Source of the DNA: the human T2T-CHM13v2.0 reference genome, Homo sapiens
DNA length: 64,000 nt
Assembly (NCBI RefSeq): GCF_009914755.1
Contig: NC_060930.1
Strand: one strand, 5' to 3'
A model generated the notes under the pieces. The model was not told the DNA's origin. It saw nothing but the letters and a program-made list of their open reading frames with translations, and did not search any database. Below, one piece after another: positions 33,476 through 49,996 of this stretch. Both the position numbers and the translations under genes were made by a program. Each line of letters begins with the position of its first letter. Positions within the stretch are counted from its first letter, which is position 1.

Positions 33476-34387
33476 TGCTGATTGGTGCATTTACAAACCT
33501 TGAGCTAAATACAGAATGCCGACTGGTGCATTCACAATCCCTTGGCTAGACATAAAGATTCTCCAAGTCCCCACCAGATTAGCTAGACACAGAGCGCTGA
33601 TTAGTGCATTTACAAACCTTGAGCTAGACACAGAGTGCTGGTTGGTGCATTTACACACCTTGAGCTAGATACAGAGTGCCGATTGGTGCATTCACAATCC
33701 CTTAGCTAGACATAAAGATTCTCCAAGTCCCCACTAGACTCAGGAGCCCAGCTGGCTTCACCCAGTGGATCTCGCACCGGACCACAGGTGGAACTGACCT
33801 GCCAGTCGCGCGCCGTGCGCCGGCACTCCTCAGCCATTGGGCGGTGGATGGGACCGGGTGCCGCGGAGCAGGGCGCGGCGCTCCTCGGGAAGACTCAGGC
33901 GGCGCAGGAGCCCACGGCCGGGGTGGGGAGACTCAGGCATGGCAGGCTGCATATCCGGAGCTCTGCCCCCGGGGGAGGCAGCTAAGGCCCGGCGAGAAAT
34001 CGAGCGCAGCGCCAGTGGGCCAGCACTGCTGGGGGACCCGGCGCACCCTCCGCAGCTGCTGGCCCAGGTGCTGAGCCCCTCACTGCCCGGGGCTTGCGGG
34101 CGGGCCAGCTGCTCCGAGTGAGGGGCCGTCGAGACCACGCCCACCCGGAACTCGCGCTGGCGCGCAAGCGCAGTGTGCAGCCCCGGTTCCCGCCCGCGCC
34201 TCTCCCTCCACACCTCCCCGCAGGCTGAGGGAGCCGGCTCCGGCCTCGGCCATCCCAGGAAGGGGCTCCCACAGTGCAGCGGCGGGCTGAGGGGCTTCTC
34301 AAGTGCGGCCAGAGTGGGCGCCGAGGCCGAGGAGGCGCCAAGAATGAGCGAGGGCTGCGAGGGCTGCCACCACGATGTCACCTCTCA
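33473..34387 (-). mobile_element. LTR12 (ERV9, C/E-type) 5' part only; CpG-island-like
   Basis: Minus strand starts TGAGAGGTGACA...GCAGCCCTCGC; GC-rich U3; about 41-bp CCAAT-type enhancer repeats at 33473-33730; no 3' terminus and no TSD. Confidence 0.93.
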
Positions 34388-35311
34388 GTTCTAGGCAAGT
34401 ACAGAGCTGCAGCCGGTGATCCTGGGTTGGGGGTGAGGTAAGGGGGTGGCTGGGGTGCCAGGTGGCGAGGCCCTGCCCGGCAAGGAGTAGGAGGGGCGGG
34501 AACCTGCATGGAAAACAGTCTGCCACTTTTCCATGAGGCAGCTACACCGTGCTAAGGGTCTGCGTTAGTCCCTAATCACAGCCCTCCCTCATGAGGCTGA
34601 GAGCAACAGAAGTGCAGCCATGATTCCTATTTTATTAATAATTGTGCTGATGGTTTAATGCATATATTCATAGGTCAGAACATTAAAGTGTCCCTTCAAA
34701 ATGTGTTTTTATTTTATGTCAATTATACCTAAATAAATATTTATAAAATCTCACCATGCAAGTAACATTTAGCATAAGAAACATTGTGTGGAAATACGAG
34801 AGTCTACTCAAATATATGGCTGTCTGTGATGTGTGCCTTTCCCCCCTCTGAATTTACTTGCATATTTAATTTTATGTATGTCAGTTAATTTATTATCTTT
34901 AGTAACCTATATTCTGCTCCTTGCAATTTTCGTATTTCCTATCTCTGGCATAGTTTTGATTTGTCTTCAGTTTGTTTCTTTATCTCAAAGTGTAGGGCTT
35001 TTTTTTTTTTAAAAAAACTCTTTCACTGTTTAAAAAAATCAAATATATGGTCAGAGTAAGTTTTTTCCTAGTCTTAGTTGTAATTTTCAGAGATTCTTTT
35101 CTATTCTTTGGTTTTGTTTGTTGTTGATGTTTCAGTTTTTTTTTTCTTTGCTTTACGTGATGCATTTTCCTCTAATTGTTTTTTCTCTCTTTTTCTGCGA
35201 GAATGTTTAGTACTGGCAGCTGCATTTTTCTAATATTGTGGGGAGTAAATTATCTTGAGTCCATCCCCTCTTTCTTGAGATCTATCTTCTCCTTAGGGTG
35301 TGAGGATTTAA

Positions 35312-35624
<313 letters not shown>

Positions 35625-38473
35625 TCAGGAAGTTAATGGCAAGGAAGAGATGACCTTAGTTGGAGTTATATAAAACCTTAGAAGAATTGTGTTTCTACTT
35701 TTCCTGTAGATGTTAAATTTCCTGTCATGGTTCACTTCCCGTACTGGAGCTAGGGCTTGGAGTAGGCAGTGATGTAGTGTTTCACGATGTGGGGTATGCC
35801 TTAGAAGCATTTCTTTAATTCAGTTTGATACTTTGTAGCTTGTACTTAAGTCAGAGAAACTTGTCCCCAGGAGTTGGTTGCTTAAAAGCCATGTTTACTT
35901 CCTGCTAGTCAGGTAGGGTAATTTGTATGTATTACAAGAATTCTGACGATCATTTAGATTCAGCATTATGATTTTGGGGCAAAGAAAATTCAGAGCCATG
36001 TCATGCAAAACTTTTAGTATCGTTTTATGTTTCCTTGTTTTGAGTTTTTGGCAAATTAGGTATATTATTTTTAGTGGTACTTTTTTTGTAGCTATTTTGT
36101 ATTTGTATAGGGAGAATATTTTACCAGGCTTGACTTCACTATCTTTATGCATAAATTCCAAAGATAAACTCCATATATAAATATCTGAATTATCATTTAA
36201 AAGAATTTGCCAATGTATCAATTACTTAAAAATGTGATTTTAAATATATAAAATGGTTTGAATTTTAACCTAAAAAAATTAATTTTGCCCTGAGTGGATA
36301 GATCTATTAAATGAAATTCCAATGAGAATTCCTAAGAATTTGTCTAAGAAAGAGCTCTAAATCCTGGAGAGCTGATATAAAGTTAATTTTTAAAAATGTC
36401 TTCTCTGAGCTTTCTTTATTTAAATTTTTCAGTTTGGGGTGGTGGACCTAACAAATATGTACTTTGTTATTGCTAGAGTTCATGTTTCTTAGAATGCCCT
36501 TGGCAGGGCAACATATTTAATGAATAATGAAACTGGTGAAAAGGGGCAGTGTCCAAAGATTAAGAAGCTCTAAGTAAGGTGACACTAAATTCCTCATTTG
36601 CTTAATCCAGCCTAAAATCATATACATTTTTTATATTAAAATTACAACATATTCACCACCTTTTATACCATCCTGAGAATTGTGAAAAGGGTGAAGAAAC
36701 AGAGTTAGATCTTACGTATTGAAAGATCCTATTTCTAGTGAGAAATTGACACTATTAAGACTATTTTTAAATTTTTAAAAATTATGATAATCAGTATGCT
36801 TTTGCAAAGATCAAGTCTGGTTGAATATCATTAATCACTAGATAAATTTAATCTACAATGACTTTAATAAAGCTTTTGATATATTCTTGAAAGATGCTTA
36901 TCAATTAACCAGCATAATATCATATGTAGGATAATAAAATATAGAGCGATAATTTTTCAAAATTTCATTTTATTTTGTTTTATGTGAGGATCCTACTTGT
37001 TTCAGCATTGAGAATTCCATCTCTTTTTTTGCTTTGGGTAATTTGGGGTTATAACCACTTGATTTTTCAGTGGCTCTGCATGAAACAGGTACAGCATGAT
37101 TCCATATCAGGATTTAGGGCAGCCTCAAGAGCAAAGATTTTGAAATCATGCTCTGAAGATCGTTTGAATTTTTCTTGCCATCTTATTATTATCAAAAGTG
37201 TCAAGTGTGCAGGAACAGCTGTTAATGAGAACAGCTCTTTTATTAATGCCTTATATACTGGGTTTCTTTGTTAAATGCAGTAGCACAAAGAGTTGTGCTC
37301 CTACAAAATTAAACCTAAACACAGTGACTACAAAATGTCAGTGAGGGAGATGTTTATTAGATTAGATGATCACATCCAGAGTGGACATGGATCTCTTTTG
37401 CCTAAATTCTATTCTGGAACTACAATATTTTAACATTAACAACCTATATGAAAATAATTAATATGTTTTGAAACAAAGTAGAAGGGGTGATAGTTATTAA
37501 GAGAAAAGCTAACATAATTCAGAAATATTCTACAAATATCAAAAAGAATAAGGCTGCATATGGAAACTTAAATGGGAACATTACAAGGGCAGGAGACATT
37601 CTCAAATTAAAGATGGGTAATGATAAAGTATGGCCAAGTGTCATCACAACCTAACCATCAAAAAGAATCTTCTGTAAAGAATGCCTTACATTTAAGCATG
37701 ATATTATGTAATCAAAATATAAACACTAAAAATAAACCAAAATTCACTAGGCATCTATTATGAATTATATTAATGATAGGTAACTTGGTTTTTTAACTTT
37801 GGAAATTAAATATAAGCATTAAGAGATTATCTAATTGGGTGATAACACACTATATTCATTGGTGGAATCTCAAAACTAACAGAATCTATACTTAGAAATT
37901 ACTTATTAGATGCTCACCGAAGTGACAGATGGGAAAACAAACTATGAGAAAAATAGTGAAGAATTTTTAAACAGATGACCAAGTTTAAGAGTAATTCCAA
38001 GTAACTTGCTAGACAAAGGATGATGAATGAACGTTAATTTTCTCTGCTGAAAACCAAACTGACATACAGAAACACACACCAAGTCTTGCACAGATATGCA
38101 GAAGTGTTGTGGGACTTAAGTTAGACATCTAAGGGATAAAGTGAAAGTGAACTTTACCATGAAGTGGCCAAAAACACCAAGAATATATAAAGTTTTGTTT
38201 CTCTAAATTTTATTGAAATTGACTTTTTTTGCTGAAAACGGATGATAATGCATAGTAGTTTTATTGAATATTAATATATTTTAAAAAATTTCTCATAAAT
38301 AACATTTCAGACAAAAAACAGAAGAATAGAGAGCAAGAAAGACAGCAATATGTGAATAAATGGATATAATTATGAGTTTAGAAATTAGATCTCATTTCTA
38401 GTTAGGGAACATTTTGAGCAGCATTTGTTTGCATTCTTGGGCCCTGTCATGGGCAGTTTGGATTGCTATTAAA

Positions 38474-38672
<199 letters not shown>

Positions 38673-39138
38673 GTACTATAGACTGGGTGGCTTAAATAAC
38701 AATTTTTTTCCTCATGGTTCTAGAGGCTGGAAAGTCCAAAGTCAAAGTGCCATAGACCTGTGTGAGAATTAGGATGTTGGTCTCTTCCTACCCAGAAGTC
38801 CTAGACACCTATTTACCTACTCACTAGTGACCAACTATACATGCTAAGGGGAGGGTCATATTTTGCCAAAGTACTAAAAGAAAACAAAAGTGTTTTCCCT
38901 TTGAATAATAGATTTCTTCTTATCATAATTTGGCTAATAGAGTCTTTCATAGGAGGTTCATTTCAAGTTGACTTGTGGTCCTTTACTCTTAGACATCAGG
39001 TAATATAATTTTGTGGACACCTTTCAAAGAATTGCTTAATCTCATTGACTCTCTGCTTTAATAGACACCCCATTATACCAATAATATTCCCGGTGGGACA
39101 AGCACCCACATATACACACAGAATTGGCTGTAAGATAT

Positions 39139-39565
39139 TGTATTCGTTTGCTAGGGATGTCATAACAAAATACCACAGACTGCATGGATAAAACAACAGA
39201 AATTTATTTTGTCACAGCTCTGGAGTCTGGAAGTCTGAGATCAAGGAGATTTTTTTCTGAAGCCTCTGTTTGTGTTTGGCTTATAGATGGCGATCTTCTT
39301 GCTGTGTGTTGACATGGTTGTCTCTTTGAGCATGCAAGTTTTTGGCCTTTCTGTGTGTGTGTGTGTATGTGTGTGTGTGTCTCAGTCTCCTCTTATAAAG
39401 ACACAGTCATATTGGATTAGGGCCTACCCTAAGACTTCATTTTAATTTAGTTACCTCTTTAAAGTGCTAACCACCAACTGTGATTACATTTTGAGGTACT
39501 AGGATTTAGAACTTCAACATGATTTTTTTTTTTTTGGTGGGAGGAGCACGGTTAAGCCCATAACA
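39139..39565 (-). mobile_element. MLT1 (A/B-like) MaLR solo LTR with internal (TG)n
   Basis: TGTATT-GTTTGCTAGGG...ATAACAAAATACCACAGACTG...CAGTCATATTGGATTAGGGCC...CCCATAACA. Confidence 0.82.
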
Positions 39566-40267
39566 GAGATAAGAGTAAGTATGACCATGAAAGGAGAAGT
39601 GAGCTGGTGTCCTTAAATTACAATGTTACAATGAGAGTTCTCAGAGGTCACATGTGGAAAACCATTCCATGAGTCAAGCTGCTGAAACAATGAATGTACT
39701 TACTGGCAGATTTTATTATTGGATGCTGACTCTTGGAATTATACTGATTATATTATCTCATTGTAGATTTGATGAGATGATTTTTGAGGGCTCTTGTTAG
39801 TCTATAAGTACAGATGAAAGGAAAAACAGTGAGGAGACAAAGGGAAGAACTGAATGACTTAAATATGTACTCAGCTTGATCCACTTGCTGAAATGATTAT
39901 TATTGTCTATCACTACTATATTATTTGCCCTTCCTCATTTCCTCCTAAGAATTTATTTACATGTACACATCAAATGATAGCATGAAATATCCAGGACTCT
40001 CCAACAATAAAATTAATTTGCTCTTTTCCTGAATGTCAAAGGTAGACATTTGTGGGGGTGAATTATGATATACCACCACTTTACTCATTTTATAATGTAA
40101 TATATGCCTTAGACTTTTAAATGTTAATTCTGTACCAATACTGTGGAGGAATTTTTATGACATGAAATTTTAATGATCTTTCATTGTGATAAGCCAATAA
40201 AAAGAAAAAAGACAGAAAACCAGGTCTAAAAATATAGTAAACTTCAGAGCCTCAGCAGCTGCGACCA

Positions 40268-40599
40268 TAATCATGCACCACATAATGATGTTTCAGTCAA
40301 TGACAGGCCGCACAGAGGACAGTAGTCCCATAAGATTATAATATCATATTTTACTCGACCTTATCTATGTTTAGATACACAAATACTTACCATGTATTAT
40401 AATTGCCTACAGTATTTATCACAGTAACATGCTGTGCAGATTTGTAGCCTAGGAGCAATAGGCTATACCTTATAGCTTAGGTGTGTAGTAGGCCACACCA
40501 TCTACATTGGTATAATCTGTGATGTTCACACAATAACAGAATCACCTAAGGACACATTTCTCAGAATGTATTCCAGTCATTAAGCAACACATAATACTG
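40268..40599 (+). mobile_element. Tigger3a (MER7A)
   Basis: GTCCCATAAGATTATAAT, TTTAGATACACAAATACTTACCAT, TTTGTAGCCTAGGAGCAATAGGCTATACC and CATTTCTCAGAA. Confidence 0.88.
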
Positions 40600-42319
40600 C
40601 ATTTATGATCAATCTTGATAATGAGCTGATATAGGGTATTTGGTATAAGGAAAGTTTCATGCATACCACATTCCAACATTATAACACAGCCACCTTCCTC
40701 TCCACTCAGGTTATTTGTCTGGATAAGCTAGGTTTTAAAGCTTTTGTTTACTTTTTCTGTAAAAAAACCACTACCTTCCATTTGCAGTAATTTAGAAGCA
40801 GAATGTATTGAGTTATATACTGTGCAATTTCATGTAGCAAATGAAAACAAAAACATATTTTGATGGTATTTATAGCCTAAGTAATCTCATTTAAATTATG
40901 CCCTAGTTTGGTTTGGGAGGTTTTTTTCTTTCTTTCTTTTTTTTCTTTTTACTTTGAAGGGTAGTATATGCAATGGCATTTATAATAAGATATTCCCAAG
41001 CGTGAGGAAAAAAAAGAGATAAAAAAAGAGAATTTTTCTTTATCAGTAATTCAACAGAACTCAAAGAATGTACAATTGCAGAAAAAAATGGGTCTTTTTG
41101 ATGGTTAACTTAGCAAGAAAATGGAATTTTAACATGGATACAGTTTTTTCCAAATAAGAATCTCTTGCTTAAATCTGTCATTGAGAAAAGTATCAACCAA
41201 TATAATAACAGAATTTATAGCAATAACAATAAAACTTGTATTTGTTTTGCCTTTTATTTGCTTCCAAAAAGCTTATTGTCCTTTATGAATCAGATTTTTA
41301 AATCTCCATGGTCAGTGGATTACTCTGAAGTGGGTATTAGTCTTCATTTTATAAGCTGCAAAGACTCATGTGCTGAGAGGAGGCTTGCCTGAGATCATGT
41401 AGAAAGTCCATAGAACTAAAAGGATTCAGAATTTGGGGCTCACAAATCAGTGCATTACTCTTTAGATAATACTGTTTCCCAGCAAATCTAACTTGTGTGT
41501 TAACTAAAAATTTGCTGTTTTGAAGTTTTTATTCACTGAAATAACTAACAAAATGGAAAATGCATAATAGCTCATTTACAGAACATTTTATATCCTGTAA
41601 TTAAGGCTCTATGAATCAAATTATGCAGTGTCAGCTCTATTTCTTTTAGCAGATATCATTGAAAATGAGGCAGTTAGCATCTGCCACTGACTTTGACTTG
41701 GAGGCAGCTAAATTAACCTTTTGCTTTTATAACAATCCTATTGGCTAAAAATATAGATACTTTCATATAGAGTGAGTATAGATGTCTGGCAAGAGTAACA
41801 CATAACCATATTATTTTCTCATGCACTAGTTCTTTTATGATTCAGTAATTAGTGAATATAACTGTCAACTTCTTAGGGATATGCTTGAAAACATACAGTA
41901 GTTACCTTTTATCCATGGTTTCACTTTCCGTGGTTTCAATTACCCACGGTTAACCATGGTTCAAAAATGTTAAATGAAAAATTCCAGAATTAAGCAATTC
42001 ATACATTTGAAATTGCATGCCATTGTGAATAGCATGATAGAATCTCATGGCATCCAGCTCTGTCCCACCTGGGACATTAATCATCCTTTTGTCCAGCATA
42101 TCCACGCTGTATACACTTCCCGTCCCGTAGTCACCTAGTAGCTGTCTGTTACGGGATCAACTGTGGCAGTATCACATTGGTTGTGTTCAAGTAACACTTA
42201 TTTTACTTAATAATGGCCCCAAAAAGCAAGAGTAGTGATGCCAAAGAGAAGCCCTGAAGTTCTTTTTTAAGTGAAAGGTGAAATTCTTGACTTAATAAGG
42301 AAAAAACATAGTGTATGTA

Positions 42320-42955
42320 ACGCTATGGTGGGAGTGTAAACTAGCTCAGCCATTGTGGAAGACAGTGTGGAGATTCTGCAAAGACCTAAAGACAGAAATA
42401 CCATTTAACCCAGCAATCCCATTACTGGGCACATACCCAAAGGAATATAAATCATTCTATTGTAAAGATACATGCACACTTATGTTCATTGCAGCACTAT
42501 TCACTATAGCAAAGACATTCAGTCAACCTAAATGCCCATTAGTGATAGACTGGATAAAGAATATGTGGTATGTATCCATCATGGAATACTATGCAGTCAT
42601 AAAAGAGAATGAGATTATGTCCTTTGCTGGGACATGGATGGGATTGGAGGCCATTATCCTTAGCAAATTAACACAGGAACAGAAAACCAAATACCACATG
42701 TTCTCAATTATAAGGGGGAGCTAAATGTTGAGAACACATGGGCACATAGAGGGGAACAACACACACTGGGGCTTTTCCGAGGGTGGAGGGTGGGAGGAAG
42801 AAGAGGATCAGGAAGAATAACTAGTGGGTACTAGGCTTAATACATGTGTGATGAAATAATCTGCAAAATAAACCCCGATAACACAAGTTTACCTATGTAA
42901 CAAACCTGCGTTTGTACCCTTGAGCTTAAAATAAAAGTTAAAAAAAAAAAAAGAA
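42320..42955 (+). mobile_element. 5'-truncated L1PA13-like 3' end
   Basis: ORF2 C-terminus (track 42311) plus 3'UTR GAGGATCAGGAAGAATAACTAGTGGGTACTAGGCTTAATAC and poly(A). Confidence 0.85.
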
Positions 42956-42973
42956 AAAAACATGTTGTATATA

Positions 42974-43282
<309 letters not shown>

Positions 43283-43654
43283 AAAAAATAGTATACATAG
43301 GGTTCAGTACAATCTGTGGTTTTAGGCATCCCCAGAGGGTCTTGGAACATATTCCCCACAGATGAGGGTGAGCTACTATAGTTTCAAATTACTCAAGTCA
43401 TTTTAGCAGCATTCCTAATTTCTTATATTTTACTAAGTTTTGTCACTCTGGCAGTTGTTTTAAATCATGAGCAAACTGTGATATCTATCAGATATCTAAC
43501 TGTGATATCTATCAGAGCAAACTGTGACCACTATCAGAGTCAGGTCAGTATATAAATGTATGAATTAGATCTGGGAAAATAACAGGTAGGGGTGAGGGTT
43601 TGACTGAGCTGAAGAGTTTATGCCTCCTCTGTCAGAAGTCTAGTTCAATATATA

Positions 43655-43943
43655 TTTTTTTGAGACAATGTCTAATTCTGCCTTCCAGGATGGAGTGCAG
43701 TGGCACAACCATGGCTAACCACAGCCTCAAACTCCCAGGCTCAAGGGATCCTCCTGCCTCAGCCTCCCAAGTAGCTGAGACTACAGGTGTGCACCAATGT
43801 GCCTGGCTAAATTTTTTAGTTTTTGTAGAGATGAGGTTTCACCACATTGCCCAGGCTGTTCTTGAACTCAGGGGCTCAAGTGAATTTCCCGCCTAGACCT
43901 CCCAAAGTGCTAGGATTACAGGCCTGAGCCACCATACCTAGCC
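43655..43943 (-). mobile_element. AluJ
   Basis: J-type antisense motifs CACAGCCTCAAACTCC, GATCCTCCTGCCTCAG and GGGCTCAAG. Confidence 0.85.
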
Positions 43944-44318
43944 TTAATTTTTATTGAAGACTTTGTCAGCTTGAAAAAGCATTGTATATATGGGCTGTGT
44001 CTTGCCCGCTAATTACCACAGGGCAACTCCTACAGTGAGTACTTGGCATGGTGTAATTGCCATTCCAGGACATTTCTATTCTAATGACCTGAACATTTTA
44101 AACCCTTATTTATAGTTGCCTAACTTCAAACTTAAATTGGAAGAAGCTATAACATTAATATAGAAAAGCCATTAATGCAGCAAAAAATCAATTGTTACAC
44201 AATTGCTTTAGATAAAAATCCCATGCAATTTGTGTAATCCATATGAATTGTATTTGACATTAGAAAGGTGATTTAAGAAAAAATCAGAGAGTGGTGTGAA
44301 TCATAACTTGTTACCATT

Positions 44319-44398
44319 TCTCCCATCCAACTACTAACCAGGCTTCACCCTGCTTAGCTTCCAAGATTAGCTGTGTTCAGGGTGGTATAACCATAGAC
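44319..44398 (-). pseudogene. 5S rRNA retropseudogene, 3'-truncated (tailless)
   Basis: Minus strand GTCTATGGTTATACCACCCTGAACACAGCTAATCTTGGAAGCTAAGCAGGGTGAAGCCTGGTTAGTAGTTGGATGGGAGA matches 5S nt 1-90 with an internal deletion of about 10 nt; imperfect TSD. Confidence 0.93.
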
Positions 44399-44624
44399 AA
44401 CTTATCAACATTTCTGTTCATCAAATTTTATTTTTCTGCTTATTTAACAAAGTTATGGAAGCTATGAATATTCACCAGTGACATTGGGAATTGGCTGGTC
44501 TCTGGATTTTAGTTTAACTGCCTCATCATTCCAGAGTTGATAGTCTCCACAGTGGCAAAAATCCTTCCCCAAGTTATGTATTATTGTGCATAGGAAGTAT
44601 ATACATCCAGTGCCAAGATCTCTC

Positions 44625-45009
44625 TGTATTAGTTTGTTCTCACATTGCTATAAAGAACTACCTGAGACTGGGTAAATTATAAAGAAAAGAGGTTTAATTG
44701 ACTCACAGTTCCACAGGCTGTACAGTAAGCATGGTTGGGAGACCTCAGGAAACTTACAATCATGGCAGAAGGGTGAAGGGGAAGCAAGCACATCTTCAGA
44801 TGGTGGTAGGAGAGAGAGAGAGTGAAGGAGTGATGTGCTAGTCACTTTTAAACAACCAGATCTCACGAGAACTCACTCACTATCACAAGAACAACAGTGG
44901 GTAAATCCACCCCCATGATCCAATAATCTCCCAACAGGTCCCTCCCCCAACATTGGGAATTACAATTCAATATGAGATTTGGGTGGGAACATAGAGCCAA
45001 ACCATATTC
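44625..45009 (-). mobile_element. MSTA-like MaLR solo LTR
   Basis: TGTATTAGTTTGTTCTCACATTGCTATAAAGAACTACCTGAGACTGGG...TTTTAAACAACCAGATCTC...GAGATTTGGGTGGG. Confidence 0.88.
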
Positions 45010-45779
45010 TCCAAGGAAATCGTGACTCCTTAGCACTTCCACACATACTAGGAAAGAAGAAAAATACCATGTAAATCAATTGTACACATGAGAAAACTTA
45101 AAGGGAGGCTAAGGTTGTTCTCTAGAATCACACAATGAACACAAATTAGAATGGTAGACTTTGGTCTCTTGTTTCCTCCTTGAATCATCCATTCTGTAGG
45201 TTTTTTGTTTTTTTTTTTTGAAGAAAACATTTGTGGAAGTTTGTAGCATAAACAATATAAAAGAAAAGAGAGACGCATTTCCTAAAATGATGGAAACAGA
45301 TCTATTATGTAAACATTAATTGATGGAACCAGGAGTGACCTGGTTGTTCATTCCTATGGAATAACTGAGCATGCCTTATGGCAGAGCACATTGTAGTGTA
45401 TCAGAGTGTCTGCATATTTTTTAATGAAACAGGTTTACTTGATCTGTGATTTACATCTAACCATCTCTCCAAATCTATAATCTATATCTGTATCAGTCAT
45501 TTATACATATCAATCATCTATATTTATTCATCTGTCCTCTGTATCTCTCAGTCATCTATTTGTCTGCATCCATCAGTTCATCCATCTATCCAACCCTTTA
45601 TCCATCATCTATCTTTTTTTTAATAGAAAAAGAAGTTTACTTATGAAGTCTTGCAAAGGGACATGCTTTAAGTGGTGTTCAAATAAACATTCCAATTTGT
45701 ATTAGAACCTTGAAATTGTGAAGTTGTGGAGCTCGCGGGAGGCCCTTTTTACCTTCATGAGCTTTAGCTTTCTTGGCTA

Positions 45780-46260
45780 CCCTCAGGTGCCATGTGGGTG
45801 CTATTCTTGCCTGTCTTGGGCTCTGACTCCCCATAAAATATCCTCTTCTGCTGCTGATACTGATGCCATCTTCACCCTGTCTGGGCTCTGATACCCTTCA
45901 CAAGTGCACTCCTTTGACAGATATCCTCCTCACCCTCTTAGACTGTAACTCGTCATGCTAAGTCTTCCCCTGCATGGATGTCTTTATCTGAGGCCCATGC
46001 AGGCTGTTCTTTTAGTAGGACATTCTCTTTGGTCTCTTGGACTCTGACTCCCTGCTAGATCATTCTCCAGAAGGATGTCCTACTCATCTTGACTGGACTC
46101 TGACCACCTGAGTATAGATGCTGCAGCTATTTCCCCCCAATCACCACTACAGACACCTGCTTTTTGTATACCACGTGATAGCTGTAGAATGGAATTGCTT
46201 AGGAAAGGAGGGAAAGAGAGGATTAAAAAGAAGGGGGGGGGGGAGAAAGAGAAAAAGGAA
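45780..46260 (-). mobile_element. Old L1MC4/5-like fragment with degenerate subrepeats of about 55 bp
   Basis: Recurrent TGG(G/A)CTCTGA units; ends in a purine tract similar to 8290-8375. Confidence 0.4.
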
Positions 46261-46866
46261 GCTAAAATATACTTAATAAAATACTAGTTCAGATATTTAC
46301 GAATACCAGTATTTTATCTGCCGGCTACATTTACACAGAAGTTTGGCTTTGGATTTAGGGCTTATCAAATAGATGCTCTGGTGCTTTGGTCTCAGATTCA
46401 GCATTTGGAAAGCTGAAGACCAAATGCATGTTCTGCTTTAATTTTTGGTACCTCTGAACCTGTTTGTGAACAATAGTCATATAATTATGTTAGATCATGT
46501 TTAAACAGCATTAAAAAGTAGTCATTGAAATACGCCATCTGCATTTTGCTCAAATCTTATAGGTTAATATCTTGTAATTCTTTCAATTATAAATAAGATT
46601 TCCAGCTGTAACTTAAAATGAAAATCTCCTCAAGTGCTTTACATGCCGAAATTCTGTTAGTTGGGTATATATAAATGTGTATTTATTATTTCCACATTTA
46701 TTGATGATTATGAAAGTGGATAATTTATGTATAAATATTATTGGGCATATTTATCTTAAATAATATACATAAATCATCTGCTTTCATAATCAATAATTAA
46801 AATAGGATATTTTAATTTAAATAAATAATAATTATTTAAAAATGTTAAATAAATAGGACATTGTAA

Positions 46867-46890
46867 AACAATGTTTTGCAAAACATTGTT
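46867..46890. repeat. Perfect 24-bp palindrome
   Basis: AACAATGTTTTGCAAAACATTGTT equals its own reverse complement. Confidence 0.95.
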
Positions 46891-47219
46891 GGACAATTAA
46901 TATGAATATTATGTAGCACAGTGCTAAAATACTGTGAGGACTTTAAATCCTTTTTGAGCCTTATACCCATATAACCTTACATATCCATGAGTAATAATTT
47001 AAGCTGCAATGATGGAGATTATCTTATTATCCATATTCTAATCTTTGTGCTAATATTTATAACATTAACCAGAATAACTTTACAATTTAAGAATTAAAGT
47101 TTAGCTATTATTCCACTCAGGCCTGAAACATCAAAGAAAAAGTCCTATCTAGATATACTTCACATTATAAAAGAAGAAAACTTTCACTTCTCAAAAATTT
47201 ATAAGAAAGGAAAATTTCA

Positions 47220-49996
<2,777 letters not shown>

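Noticed and set aside
33473-33735. Regular repeats of about 41 bp resembling a CRISPR array
   Set aside because: These are the ERV9/LTR12 U3 enhancer repeats; there are no unique spacers and the context is eukaryotic.
33788-34526. Many overlapping ORFs on both strands
   Set aside because: Stop-codon scarcity in GC-rich LTR12 sequence; no recognisable protein.
36975-37274. 99-aa ORF and micro-exon-like AG/GT pairs
   Set aside because: Non-ATG start, no recognisable domain and weak splice contexts.
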